Below are positions 1 through 13,157 of a DNA stretch of 64,000 nt, piece by piece. The position numbers were made by a program, and so were the translations under genes. The notes below the pieces were generated by a model. The model was not told the origin of the DNA. It saw only the letters and a program-made list of their open reading frames with translations, and ran no database searches. How positions within the stretch are numbered: position 1 is the stretch's first letter; each line of letters starts with the position of its first letter. Source of the DNA: the human T2T-CHM13v2.0 reference genome, Homo sapiens; assembly GCF_009914755.1 (NCBI RefSeq), contig NC_060934.1; one strand, given 5' to 3'.

Positions 1-2102
1 TGAGAGAAAAAAACATCTACCAAGAATTCTACATTCAGCAAAACTATCCTTCAGAAATGAAGGAGAAATCAAGACACTTTCAAATAAGCAAAAAAACTGT
101 GGTAACTCATTGGCAGCAAATCTGCTCTTCAAAAACTACTCAAGGAAGTCCTTCAGGCTAAAATGAAAGGTCAATAGACTATAATTTGAATCCATATGAA
201 GAAATAAAGAAAACTGGTAAAGATACCTAAAAAGTAAATATAAAAGAAAGCACAAATTTCTTTCTGTTTGTAGCTCTTTATCGGATTTGAAAGACAACTT
301 TAGAAAGTAATAATTATAAATCTGTGTTAATGTGTATACAATGTACAAAGATGTAATTTGTATGACCAAGGAAGCACAACAAAACAGGGAGAGACTGGAG
401 CTATATAGGAGCAGAGGTTTGGTATACTATTGAAATTAAGTTCATATTAATCCAAACTAGATTGTTGTAAATTAAGATATTAACTGCAAGCCCCAGGTTG
501 ACTACTAATAAAATAACTTTAAAAAATATATTAGTATTAATAATATAATAAATGACAAGAAAATTAAAATGATACACTAGAAGAATTCTACTTAATACCA
601 AAGAAGGCAGTAATGGAGAAATAGGGGAATAAAAAATGACTTAAGACATATAGAAAACAAATAGCAAAATGGCAGACATAAATCCTATCTTATCAGGAAT
701 TACATTAAATGTAAATTAATTAAACGCTGATTTAAGGCTTAGTTTGGCATAATGGATTAAAAAAAAAAAAACCTGATCCAACTCTATGCTCTCTATAAGA
801 GGTGCACTTTAGATCCTAGGTTGAAGGTAAAAGGTTGGGAAAAGATATACCATACAAACAAAAACTAAAATAGAACTAGAGTGGTTACACTAATACCAGA
901 AAAAATAAAATTTAAGAAAAAATCCCTTACTAGAGACAAGATTATTTTATAATAATAAAAGGGTTAATCCACTAAGAAAATATAACAATAATACACAAAT
1001 GTGCACCAAACAACAGGGTCCCAAAATACATGATGCAAAAACTTACAGAAGTGAATGGAAAAATAATATTTGAAGACATCACTTTCCCACTTTCAATAAT
1101 GGATAGAACAGCCAGACAGAAGATCAATAAAGAAATAGAGGACTTGAACAACACTATAAACCAATTAAACCTGACATGCATATACAAAATATTTCACTCA
1201 ATAACAGCAGAATAATACATTCTTCTCAAGTGTACATGAGACATTCTCCAGGATGAAGCCTGTGTTAGGCCATAAAAAGAAGTTTCAGTAAATTTAAAAG
1301 AATTAAAATGATAAAAAGCATGTTCCCTGGTAGCAATGAAATGATATTAGAAACCAATAATAGACAGAAACATAGACAGAAATTTGGAAAATTTACAAAT
1401 ACATGTGAATTAAGCAACACACACCTAAATAGGACAAAGATCTAACAAGGGACGTTAGAAAATACTTTGAAATAAATGAAAATGAAAACACAATATACCA
1501 AGCCTTACTGGATGTAGGTAAGCAGTGCTTAGAGTAAAATTTGTAGGTGTAAATGCTTATATTAAAAGAAAGAAAGATCTTAAATCAATAATCTGACATT
1601 CCAACTTACAAAACTAGAAAAATAAGAGCAAAATAGGCCCAAAGAAAGCAGAAGAAAAAAAATAATAACTATTAGAATACAGATAAACAAAATAGAGATA
1701 GAAAACAGAGAGATCAATGATTCATAGATCCAACACAATCGCTATAAAATCCCTGCTGCTTTTATTTTGCAGAAATTAACAAGCTTATTTTAAAAGTCAT
1801 ATGAAAATTCACACAGCTAAAATAGCCAATACAATCTTGAAAAAGAAAAAAAAAAGTGAAGGACTCACACTTCCCAATTTCAAAACTTACTACACAGCTA
1901 CAGAAATCAAGACAGTGTGGTACTGGCCATAAGGTAGACATCTAGATCAATGAAATAAAATTGAGAGTCCAGAAATAAACCCATATATCTATAGTAAATT
2001 GATTTTGACTGGGGACCAAGACCACTCAGTGGGGGAAATAATGGTCTTTTTGACAAATGGTTCTGGGGCAACTGGATATCTACATAAAAAAGAATGAAGC
2101 CA
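1..2102 (+). mobile_element. Old LINE-1 (L1M, L1MB-like), part 1: ORF1 3' end, endonuclease region, then a jump to late ORF2
   Basis: Begins with an ORF1-end motif (ccaagaattctacattcagcaaaactatccttc). ORF 1030-1215 reads like L1 endonuclease (PLSIMDRTARQKINKEIEDLNNTINQL). Many stops and frameshifts. Confidence 0.85.
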
Positions 2103-2654
2103 TGTTTTCGTACATGTTTTTAAGATTATTTGGGCATGGCAAGGCCAACAGATCAGAAGATGACTGCCATTGCAAAGACAGTTTGTTATACTCATAGATC
2201 CCAAAAGAAGAGGCACACCACACCACGGAAGGCCACACATGGGAGATCCAGGATCAACAAGAGGCAGAGGAAAAGGGAAAATTGTGAACAAGAGCCTTAA
2301 CTGTAATTTTTGTGAAAGGAATAAGTGAGTCAGGGTAAGCAGATGTAGGATTGGCTACTTTGAATAATTTTAGTGGGCTTTGGAGCATAGGGGAAGTCCC
2401 TAGTTGTATGGTACCTGGCCTTAGGCAATTAAGGTAGGTGGATAGTGGCCCAGAGTGTGAGAGCTGGTTAAAGAAGATGGTTGAGGTTAAAAGCTCTGGA
2501 TTGGGTGATTAGCATTTGAAAGAAATCCTCATGGGCTGGTGGTTTACTATATCTAAGAATTGACTAACTCTAAAAGGGTCAGTTCCTCCAGCATCATCAG
2601 GGCCCAAGACACTAAAACATCAGAATATAGAAAATAAAAGACATGGTTAATACA
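2103..2654 (-). mobile_element. Solo ERVL-type LTR (MER74-like) inserted in the L1M
   Basis: The minus strand starts TGTATTAACCATG and ends in CA. It interrupts L1 ORF2 between 'aagaatgaag' and 'gtggatatctac'. The family name is from memory. Confidence 0.65.
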
Positions 2655-3822
2655 AGGTGGATATCTACTTTACACGGTCTACAAAAATCAACCCAGAATA
2701 GAGCAAAGATATGAATGTAAGAGCAAAAACTATAAGACTCTTAGAAGAAAACAGGCATAAATTTTCAGGACCTTGGCTTAGGCAATGGTTTGTTAGGTAT
2801 CAACAGAACAAACAACCAAAGGGGGGCAAAAAGATAAATTGGACTTCATCAAAATTAAAAACTTTGTGCTTCAGAGACTAGAAACAAGAAGTTAAAAAGT
2901 CAACACATTGAATAGTAAAATATTTGCATATCATATATCCAATAGGGAACTTCTATCTAAAATACACAAAGAACTCTTATAATTCAATAATAAAAACATA
3001 AATAACCCAATTAAACAGTGGACAAAAAATCTGAATAGATGTTTTTTCCAAAGATTATAAACAAATGGCCAAAAAGCACATGAAAAGATGCTTAACATCA
3101 TTAGTCATTAGGGAAATGGAAATCAAAACCACAATGGCATATCATTTCATACCTCCTAGGATGGCTAAAATCAAAGAGACAATAACAAGTACTGGCAGGA
3201 ATATAGTGTCATTGGAACCCTCATACATTGCCACTGGGAATATAAATGGTACAACTCCTTTGGAAAACAATTCCTCAAAAAATTATACATAGAGTTACCA
3301 TATAACTTAGTGATTTCACTCCTAGGTGTATACCGAAGACAACTAAAAAGAAATGTTCAGACAGAAACTTGTACATGAATGTTCGTAAAATTTTTATAGC
3401 AATAATATTTATAATAGCCAAAAAGTTGAAGCAACCCAAATGTGCATTAATTGATGAATGGATAAACAATTACGGTATATCCATACAATGGAATATTATG
3501 CAGTCAGAAGAAGCAATGAAGTACTCATTCATGCTATAACATGGATGATCCTTGAAAATATTATTCTAAGTGAAAAAAAGCAGACACACAAGTCCACAAC
3601 TGTATTATACAAAACATCCAGAATAGGCAAATGCATAGAAACAGGAAGTAGATTAATGGTTGCCAGAGGTGGGAATGGAGAGTAACTACCAATGGGCATG
3701 GAGTTTCTTTTTGACGTGATGAAAATATTCTAGAATTATACAGAGGTGCTTGTTACACATCTCTGTGAATACATAAGGGTGATTTTTATGGTATGTGAAT
3801 TATATCCCAATTTTTAAAAAAG
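2655..3822 (+). mobile_element. Old LINE-1 (L1MB-like), part 2: ORF2 C-terminus and 3' UTR
   Basis: ORF 3065-3292 (KHMKRCLTSLVIREMEIKTTM) matches the ORF2 C-terminal region. The 3' end reads 'ttttatggtatgtgaattatatc...aaaaaa'. Confidence 0.85.
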
Positions 3823-3832
3823 GACAATGGGT

Positions 3833-4290
3833 TGGTATTAGCTCCCTGTGGTTGCTACTTGGTGGCTTAAAACAACAGAAATTTATTTTCTTAGAGTTCT
3901 GGAGTCTATAAGTCAGCAGTTTCATTGGGTAAAAACCAAGTTGTTGGTAGGGTTCACTGTCCCAGAAGGATCTAAGGGAGAAGTTGTTCCTTGACTCTTC
4001 CAGCTTCCGGTGGCTGTCAGCATTCCTTGCCTTGTGGCTATTTCACTCGAATCTCTTACTCTGTGGTCACATTGCCTCCTCAGTGTTTCTGTCAAATCTT
4101 TCTTTGCCACTCTCTTATAGGGACACTTGTGACTGGATACAGGGCCCACCTGGATGATCCAGGTTAAGCTCTCCATCTAAAGATCTTTAACTTAATCACA
4201 TCTATAAAGACCTTTCCTTCCTTATAAGGTAACATTTACAAGTTCCAGAGAATAGAATTTAATATATTTGAGTGGCCCATTATTAACCTG
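3833..4290 (-). mobile_element. MaLR LTR (MLT1-type)
   Basis: Typical MLT1 antisense motifs: ggtggcttaaaacaacagaaatttatt, gggcccacctggatgatccagg, ttaacttaatcacatct. Confidence 0.8.
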
Positions 4291-4369
4291 TGGGGTTTCA
4301 TAGGATTGAAAATTACCAATCTACAAGATAGAGTCTCTTTAGCATGACATACAGGAATCCCTATTTTCC

Positions 4370-4760
4370 TTTGATCTCCCTTTGTAGCTTCATTTATTTC
4401 CTCCTCAGATTCTCTGGTCTAGTCACATTGAACATAATGCAATCTTTTGTCATACATCCATGCCCTTGTATATACTGTTCACTCCACTGAATATACTCTT
4501 TCCTCTTTGTCACACTTCCAATCTTTCGGGACCTTATTAATCACCTCTCTGTGAGTACTAGGAAGTGATATCTCTATCCTCTTTACTGTGTGCTGCTTCC
4601 ATTTTGAAACATATCATATGACATTTTATGAATCTGTTTACATTCCTGGTTAATCTACTAGACCATATTTGTCAAATGCAGGGATAACATCATATTAACT
4701 TCCTTATGTGTTAAGAACGGGGCTTGACATATAAAATACATGTATCTTGAATGAATGACT
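4370..4760 (+). mobile_element. L2 3' fragment (degenerate)
   Basis: Pyrimidine-rich L2-like body ending in 'ttgaatgaatga'. Confidence 0.45.
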
Positions 4761-6359
4761 TAAGAGTTTATTATTGATGTGCCATTTTAAGTACCCAAGC
4801 ATCAGGAACAGGCATTTATTAAATTCTACTTATTTAGGACTTTTGCTGCTTATGGGAGGGTCCTTGTTTCTCAATTTTGAGAGTTTTCAATGCCCCTATG
4901 TGACCTAGATTTGTTTAGAAGAATACCTTAACTTTTTACAAATACAGATATGTAACTCAAATTCCTTAATGTACTATTCAATATAATTTATTGAATATTA
5001 TTTCCTAGATATTATAATTTTTAAATAATATTCAGTTCTTCTGTCCTTTAATGAACATTTTAATTTTCCTTCAGAAAACAATAATTCAAATTGTATTGGA
5101 TGTTGAATTCCAGGAGTTCTCCCAATTTCCCCCCTACTCACCCCTTTTACCATAACCTTATGGTTGCCATTGATTTGTAAGGTAAATTTCACCTTTAGGA
5201 AAGACACACTTCAGAGAAATGCACTTCTGATTATTCTGAGAAAAATCAATTGAAAAATCAATGTGACAAAAAAGAAAAATCAACATGCTTTCCATAAACC
5301 AGAAGTTATAAATTCTTTCTAAATACAGTAAACATATTCTTAGTAAATTAACCATAATAAATATTGAGACAGGTCTTTATAACATATATGTTGAAATTCG
5401 GTCCTAGAAAACATTGGACTAGTTGAACAGAACTCAGTTACTCTTAGCATTCACAGCCTCAGAATGTCAAAATACTAAACACCAGAATAGAGTGTTCTAA
5501 TTATTTATTGAAAATGAGTTTTTTAGTAAATTAAAAGTTAGTCAGAGACTTTCTTTTTCTGATGGTTCAAGATTTTGCATTGCCCAAGTGTTAGAATTAT
5601 CATGAGCAATTCTCTTGCAGTTCTACTGTAGGTTAAAAGTTTTATGGCTAAGGACTTGGAAATACCACACAAAATGATGTCTTATATCATCTTTTTGTTG
5701 TTGATTTGCTTATTTTTAAAAGATAATGTGGGGCAAAATTCTGGGCAGATACAGTATAGATGTACTTACATTCTACAAAAATAGAACAACTAAGATAGCA
5801 AAATCAAAGGCCCGCAGACAACATCTAAAGCAAAATGAGGTGACAGAATGTATGTGCATAAATCATACATGGCTGCTGAATTGGGAGGGTGTTTTGCCTA
5901 ATCCAACTATGGGTAGTGCACAGTGTCTGTGACTCATTAAGGTCTTATGGTGCTAGATCAATCTGGGCCAGACAAATTCTTAAAAGCATTTAACCAAAGC
6001 CCCCTAACAAGACAGGATCCTATTCCACACTATGGAGAAACTCCTGGGAAGAGAATCCAAATTGAATAGGACTGGAGCAATAAGATACAGAAAAGAGAGG
6101 GTCTAGTTAAAAATGGGGTAGGAGCAGGGAAAGCACATTTCAAAGAATGAGGATTTTTTTATCATGCCTTTCAAAAGAGGGAGCTCTAGAGTTCTGAATC
6201 AAAAAAATTTATTCTTGCCCGCACCTCCCTTCTCACAGTACAGAAACACTTACTCACTGAAACCAACTGAGCAGCAGAATAAAACTGTCCATACAAAGGC
6301 ATTATAAGACAAAATAGAAAGGGCAGAATAACTTCTCTACAGATGATGAAAGTATGCCA

Positions 6360-6860
6360 GAGAGACACATATGGGAGTTCCAGAAGAAGAAAATCAGAGC
6401 AATGAAACAGAACAAATACTAAACTTGTTTTTTAAAAGAAATATGATCGATATTACACATTGAAAGAGTGTATCATGTCTCTGGAAAAAAAAACCAATAA
6501 CAGCCATTGCTGAGACATACTCTAACAAAACTAGGAGACTTTAATAGTTTTACAGCTAAAAGTTTCTTTTTTATAATACTAATAAATCGTTGGGGTTTCC
6601 AGGCAAAAAGACCAAGTCATTTATAATGAAAAGAAACTCAGATTATTATCAAACTTTTTGACAGCAACATTTTATGCAGAAGACAATGTAGTGTAAGCCA
6701 GAGACTTTATATCTAGCCCAAATGATATTTAAGTAAAAAGATGACATTCTATTTTATAGAATGTTCTAGAAAATTCTATCTTATAGAATGTTCCTGAGTT
6801 CCTGCACCGTTACTGAGTAATCTCTAAAAGTACAAGCTATAGACAAGCAGTTACGAATGA
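6360..6860 (+). mobile_element. Ancient L1 ORF1-region fragment
   Basis: Degenerate ORF1 motifs: ggagttccagaagaagaaaatcagagc, cattgaaagagtg, ctcagattattatcaaactttttgacagcaac. Confidence 0.55.
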
Positions 6861-6959
6861 GATATTGACAAAAGTACTGACAAGTGGGCAATTAGTTAAC
6901 AAGTGGAATGTTCTTTAGAAACATTCTAGCGAATAAAGTAAAATATATTTTTTGCAATT

Positions 6960-7700
6960 CCTAATGAATTAACAGACCTCAGCAATAGTTAATAACAGCT
7001 TATCTCCTGATAGAATAATACAATACTATAAAGTAGTCTCTCACGGCCCCCAGTGAATCTGATCAAGCCTCTGGACATAACCATCAATTTATAGGAAATA
7101 CAAGACTCAGATGAATGTTAAGTGACATCATGGGGATGTTTTCAGCCAAATGCAGACCACAGAAACCATACAGGGCAAAAATAATCCCTGGTTTCTTCAA
7201 CAAAAGATTACAAGGGGAAAAATGAGAAAAAAAACCTGTAGAATAAAAGAGATTTAAGAGACATATCAGTTAATTACTTATATTGCAATTGCATTTCTAT
7301 TACAAAACCTTATTTTGATCTTGATCAAACATACAAACTTATATATACATGTGCACATATGAAGATCAAAGAAATATGAACATTGGCTGGCTATTTGATG
7401 ATATTAATTTTGTGATGGTGTACATGGTAAATAGAAATTATTGTTAATATTTGTGCCTGTGATAACTTTTGTTATGGTTTAAAACAAGTACCTTTATCTT
7501 GGAGAAATATACACTGAAATATTTACAGATGAAATAATATGATGCCTGAAATTTCCATCAAATAATTTTGGGTCACATTGGGATTATAGATAAAACAAGG
7601 TTGACTATATGTTGACAATTGCTGAATCTAGATTCAATATTCTGTAATTTCTATATTTGCACACACTTGAAGATTTATATAATAAGCTTTAAAATAAAAG
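6960..7700 (+). mobile_element. L1MC/L1ME-type 3' UTR fragment
   Basis: Contains gaatctgatcaagcctctgga and gagaaatatacactgaaatatttacagatgaaataatatgatgcctg. Confidence 0.6.
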
Positions 7701-7806
7701 ACAATTTAGTGGGAAGGACCCATTTTAATTAATTAAAGGATTCTTGTAGCTTTTTTTTTTCCTGGCTAACTAAAATACATAAATTTGTCTAGTTTAATAC
7801 AGGATG

Positions 7807-8122
7807 GGCTGTGCCTGGGGGCTTCACCTGTAATCCAGGTGCTTTGCAAGGCCGATGCAGGAGGATCACTTGAGCTCAGGAGTTTGAGACCATCCTGGGC
7901 AATATAGGGAGACCCTGTCTCTACAAAATAAAACATAAAAAAAAAATTAGTTGTGTGTGGTGGTGCATGGCTATAAGACCCAGTTATTTGGAAGGCTGAG
8001 GCAGTAAAATCACTTACGCCAAGGAGTTCAAGGTTACAGTGAGCTATGATCACACCAATGAACTCCAGCCTCGGCAACAGAGCAAGGCCTTGCCTACAGA
8101 AAACAAAAAAGGACAAAAAAAA
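7807..8122 (+). mobile_element. AluJ
   Basis: Dimeric Alu with an A-rich linker and tail. J-type diagnostics: ggaggatcacttgag, gtgagctatgatcacacca. Confidence 0.92.
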
Positions 8123-8289
8123 TGGAAGTCTAGTTCTATAATCCATACTATTTACTGATAAGATTGTGGAATTTACAACAAAAGCAGTTTTCTGTTAAAT
8201 TCCTTTAAACTTCTAATTTTCATATCATTCTCATCGGCAATCCTAGCTTGTTAACTTTGTTATTATACATGAGGTATGGTTGAAAGGCT

Positions 8290-8440
8290 TCAGTGTATTG
8301 TAGAAAGTGCATGCAACTGAGAATCAATTGATCTTGGTTTCAATCCTGCCTCTGTTCCCAAGAATCTTTGTGACCTGGGACAAATTGTTTAATCATTCTA
8401 AGCCTGTTTCATCATCTGGATAATGAAAGAGTTCTGTAAA
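8290..8440 (+). mobile_element. MIR
   Basis: MIR core: tgtgacctgggacaaattgtttaatcattctaagcctgtttcatcatctg. Confidence 0.65.
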
Positions 8441-9386
8441 CTTCTCTACAATTCAGATATTACCACCTCTAAGGTGTTTTTCTTTCCCCCAGACATTTTA
8501 TTCTGCTGAAAAAGTACTATGGGATTTTCCTAACGTCAAATAGGTAGAAGTTTAAAATGAGGTCTAAACCCCTAAGTCATAGGCCAAGTGACAATAGAAT
8601 AGTAATGTATCCAGGAGACATAATTTTAAGTTAGAAGATGAGGAAAACATGGCTTAAGTTTGACGGGAAAGCTCTAAATATAAGAATGGATCCTAAACTT
8701 ATGAGGAAGTAGCAAAATAATGCTACTGTGGAAAAATGAAGCTTGGTAACACAAGATGAATAAAGAACTGCAGCAAAGAGAAACCAGGAGGTTACCCAGA
8801 CACTTGACTCAGCACTTCCCAAATTCTACCTCGTTTATTCTTAGGTATTAAGTGAAATACAGTGTACTTGGGAATGGCAGGCATGAACCTGTCAAAAAGG
8901 TCACAAAATAGGCAAAGCTAAGGCAACTAAGATCACTTGGCCCAGGGAATGCTGAAGTGGAGGGAAACTACAAAAACAATTCTTCAAATTGGCAAATAAA
9001 TATTCTCCAGATGAAGATAAGCAGCTGTTTTAGTCAGCTGGGTAGTATCTGGGCTTATATTACAGAAGAGAGAATTATAGTTAGGCTTAGGAAAAACTTC
9101 CTGGTACCTGGCAGTTGGAAATGTTCCTTCTCTGGGGATCTTTAAGCACAGGGCCGAATACTGCCTTGAGATGATTTTAGTGTAGCCTTCTTGAAGTTGT
9201 GAGGATAACCAAATGTTGCATATCTAGTGATTTACATTCAAATCTCATAGATGTGGGTAAAACTAATTGGTTTGGTGCAGATACAATTCTGGCAGATACA
9301 ATTCGGGCAGATGTAGATCAGACCTCATTTCCTTCTCTGATTATTTCAATTTCCTACTCCCCTGAACTATCATAATTATCAACATC

Positions 9387-10622
9387 GTTTCTTAGGTCTA
9401 TCAGCAATTGTTTTATAAATTTGGGAGCTCCAGTGTTAGGTGCATATATGTTTAGGACTGTGATATTTTCCTGTTGGACAAGGCCTTTTACCATTATATA
9501 ATGTCCATCTTTGTCTCTTTTAACTGCTGTTGCTTTAAAGTTTATTTTGTCTGATATAAGAATAGCTACCCCTGCTTGCTTTTGGTGTCCTTTCGCATGA
9601 AATGTCTTTTTCCAACCCTTTACTTAAATTTTTTTGAGTCCTTATGTGTTAGGTGAGTCTCCTGAAGGGTGCAGATGGTTGTTTGGTGAGTTCTTATCCA
9701 TTCTGCAGTTCTGTATCTTTTAAGTGGAGCATTTAGGCCATTTACATTCAATGTTAGTATTGAAATGTGAGGTACCATTGCATTCATCATGCTCTTTATT
9801 GGCTGTGTGCTTTGGGTTTATTTTTATTTTTTGTTCTTGCTTTTTAACTTGTATTTTTGATTTATAGGTCCTGAGTGATTTATACTTTAAAGAGGTTCTG
9901 TTTTGATGTATTTCCAGGATTTGTTTTAAGATTTAGAGCTCCTTTTAGCAGTTCTTGTAGTGGTGGCTTGTTAATGGCAAATTATCTCAGCATTTGCTTG
10001 TCTGAAAAATACCTCATCTTTCCTTCATATATGATGCTTAGTTTCGCTGGATACAAAATTCTTGGCTGATAATTGTTTTGTTTGAGGAGGCTGAAGATAG
10101 GGCCCCAATCCCTTCTAGCTTGTAGGGTTTTTGCTGAGAAATCTGCTGTTAATCTGATAGGTTTTCCTGTAAAGGTTACTTGGTGCTTCTGTCTCATAGC
10201 TCTTAAAATTCTTTCCTTTGTCTTAACTTTGGATAACCTAATGACAATGTGCCTAGGCAAAGATATTTTTGCGATTAATTTCCTGGATGTTCTTTGTGCT
10301 TCTTGTATTTGGATGTCTAGGTGTCTAGCAAGGCTGGGGAAGTTTTCCTCGATTACCCCCCAAATATGTTTTCTAAGCTTTTAGAATTCTCTTCTTCCTC
10401 AGGAACATTGATTATTCTTAGATTTGGTTGTTTAACATAAACCCAGACTTCTCAGAGGCTTTGTTCATATTTTCTTATTCTTTTTTCTTTGTCTTTCTTG
10501 GATTGGGATAATTCGAAGACCTTGTCTTTGAGTTCTGAATTTCTTTCTTCTACTTGTTCAATGCTATTGCTGAGACTTTCCAGAGCATTTCACATTTCCA
10601 AAAATGTGACCAAAGTTTCCTG
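9387..10622 (-). mobile_element. L1PB inverted 5' segment (mid-ORF1 to ORF2 endonuclease)
   Basis: Minus ORF 9982-10260 is L1 ORF1p (PRHIVIRLSKVKTKERILRAMRQK...YQPRILYPAKLS). Confidence 0.9.
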
Positions 10623-11256
10623 ATGTGGTGATCAGGGAACACTTCTACACTGCTGGAGGGAATGTAAACTAGTACAGCTGCTATGGAAAACAGTGTGGAG
10701 ACTCCTTAAAGAACTAAAAGTAGAACTATCATTTGATCCAGCAATCCCACTACTGGGTATCTACCCAGAGGAAAAGAAGTCATTATTCAAAGAAGACACT
10801 TGCACACGCATGTTTATAGCAGCACAATTCACAATTGCAAAATCATGAAACCAACCCAAATCCCCATCAATCAACAAGTGGATAAAGAAACTGTGGTATA
10901 TGATGAAATACTACACAGCCATAAAAAGGAATGAATTAACAGCATCTGCAGTGACCTGGATGAGATTGGAGACTATTATTCTAAGTGAAGTAACTCAGGA
11001 ATGTAAAACCAAACATCGCGTGTTCTCACTGATATGTGGGAGCTAAGCTATAAGGACGCAAAGGCATAAGAATGATACAATGGACTTTGGGGACTTGGGG
11101 GGAAGAATGGGAGGAGGGTGAGGGATAAAAGACTACAAATATGGTGCAGTGTACACTGCTCAGATGATAGGTGCATCAAAATCTCACAAATCACCACTAA
11201 AGAACTTACTCATGTAACCAAATACCTCCTGAATCCCAATAACTTATGGAAAAAAA
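10623..11256 (+). mobile_element. L1PB 3' segment (ORF2 end and 3' UTR)
   Basis: L1PB-type 3' UTR (ctcacaaatcaccactaaagaacttactcatgtaacc) with a short A tail. A residual TSD core tcaacatc sits at 9379-9386 and 11260-11267. Confidence 0.9.
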
Positions 11257-12375
11257 TAGTCAACATCAAAAACTTCTCAAACTCCGTGTGCATGTGGAAT
11301 ACGCCAGCCCACTACCAATGAAAAGAACATAATATCTATCCTTTTGAGTATCTAGTCCCTATCCTCATGAAAAAAATGCAACATTTATTGTTTTTGTTGC
11401 TAGTTTGGTTAGGTTTGTGATTCATTTTTCTATGGCTATGCTCTCTTAGATTCCTTTATGATGAGAGGGTGAGAAAAAGGTGGTTATATATGGATTGATG
11501 TGAGAGGAGAAATTTAATAAATTAAATTAATAAAAAAATTAACAATAGTACAAAGAAAGAGAAGGGAGTGAGAATTAAGGTAACTAATTATCATGAGAAA
11601 AAAAGGCAGAGAAAATAGCAGAAATGAAGAAAGGACAACTCTAACTCCTTCGGTAGGTCAAGAAATACTTACTAGTACCAGAAGTAAAAGGGTAAATAAA
11701 ACAGTCACAGTTCTACCCCTTGTGGTACCTACTGCTGCCCTACTACAGTTGCTGGCCTAACCTAGGGAATCACAATTGTCAGAGCTAAAAACAATAGCTG
11801 GTCCCTGCTTTGAAAGTTATTATTAGGGCACTCTGATTTCATTATTAGTATTTGCTCTGTAGCACATGGAAATCTCTTTGTGTGCAAAACATAAATGACA
11901 CAGGTGACCTGACTTGCAAATTGGGTTAATATATAGCATAAAATGCTTCCATCTAAGGAAATAATTATGAATATAAACTTTGACTCTGCTGTCCTCTCTA
12001 CTTTTGTGCTGGATTTTTAATGTACTTGTCTTTACCCCCACCTCCCACCCTCATTCCCAGTAGTGTGCTGATGAAAGATGAAAGAAAAAGCAAGTTCTTA
12101 AAGAGATAGGGCACATATTATATACATGCAATTATTAAATGTGTTTAAACTGCATATAGTTCTGCACCTCAACTAAGGATGTCTGGAAATTGTCCAAAAT
12201 ATAGTTTAAAAACATAATCATGGCGGCTTTATGTAGAGAAGAATTGTTCAATTGAATGTGAAAGCTTTTATTTCTCCATTTCCTTTTTATTTTCTTCCTT
12301 TTTTTGTTTCCTCTATAAGCATTATGCAATGAGATGAAACTTCTCCCTTTCCACATTTTAGACACTGAATAATAC

Positions 12376-12690
12376 TGTTGCTATGGTCTGAATGTTGGTG
12401 TTCCTCCAAAATTCATATGTTAGAACCTAATACCAAATATGATAGTAGTAAGAGGTGATGCGTTTTGAGAAGAGCCCTAATGAATAAGTTTAGTGCCCTA
12501 ATGAAAAGAAGTCAAAAGGAGCTGCCTTGCCCTCACTGCCACATGAGGACACCCCAAGAGAGAACCATCCTGCCTCAGCCTCCTGAAGTACTGAGGTTAC
12601 AGGTGTAAGCCACTGCACCCGGCCAATAAATTTTTTTTCATAAACTACTCAGTCTAAGGTATCTTGTTACAGAAACCCAAATGAACTATT
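12376..12690 (+). mobile_element. MaLR LTR (MST/MLT1A-type) with an internal antisense Alu fragment at 12569-12624
   Basis: The LTR starts tgctatggtctgaatgttggtgttcctccaaaattcatatgtt and ends cagtctaaggtatcttgttacag. Its interior is replaced by ctgcctcagcctcc...ccactgcacccggcc. Confidence 0.8.
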
Positions 12691-12780
12691 ATCAATTTGG
12701 TGTTTTATATAATGCAATTTATTTATTTGGAATTTTTTTTGGCATACTATTTTTTTATAAACTTCTTTGTTTCAAGCATA

Positions 12781-13060
12781 ATTTTTAGTAAATTATATTT
12801 CTCTATGAAAAGTTTGATTTGTTTTCATTGGGATTATGTTTTCTTAAATAATATGTTGAGAACAAAATCTTAGTGGAGACCTATTTCTGAAAATGCAATT
12901 TAAATAAATGGTAAAATACGATTATTAGCAAATTATATTTCTCTATGAAAAGTTAGATTTGTTTTAATTAGGAAAATGTTTTTAAAAATGATGTGTTGAG
13001 AACAAAACCTTAGTGGAGACCCATTTCTGAAAATGTAATTTAAATAACTAGCAAAGTATG
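12781..13060 (+). repeat. Tandem duplication, 2 x 140 bp
   Basis: 12781-12920 aligns without gaps to 12921-13060. A manual count gives 20 mismatches in 140 (about 86% identity). Confidence 0.95.
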
Positions 13061-13138
13061 ATTCACTTTACAAAAAATGTTACTTTATACCAAATTATGT
13101 TAAGGAAATTATTTACTGTTTAAAATTTTTTCACACAG

Positions 13139-13157
13139 ATGATGTAGATGAGAACAG
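13139..13157 (+). other. Candidate 19-nt micro-exon of an unidentified host transcript
   Basis: aaaattttttcacacAG|ATGATGTAGATGAGAACAG|GTaaaa: a purine-rich island between an acceptor and a donor, in non-repeat AT-rich sequence. One open frame reads x-D-V-D-E-N-R/S. Confidence 0.4.

Noticed and set aside
9275-9316. Short tandem doublets (gcagatacaattc x2; also near 1360, 6745-6795, 34711-34740 and 62596-62620)
   Set aside because: These are ordinary slippage micro-duplications with no further structure.
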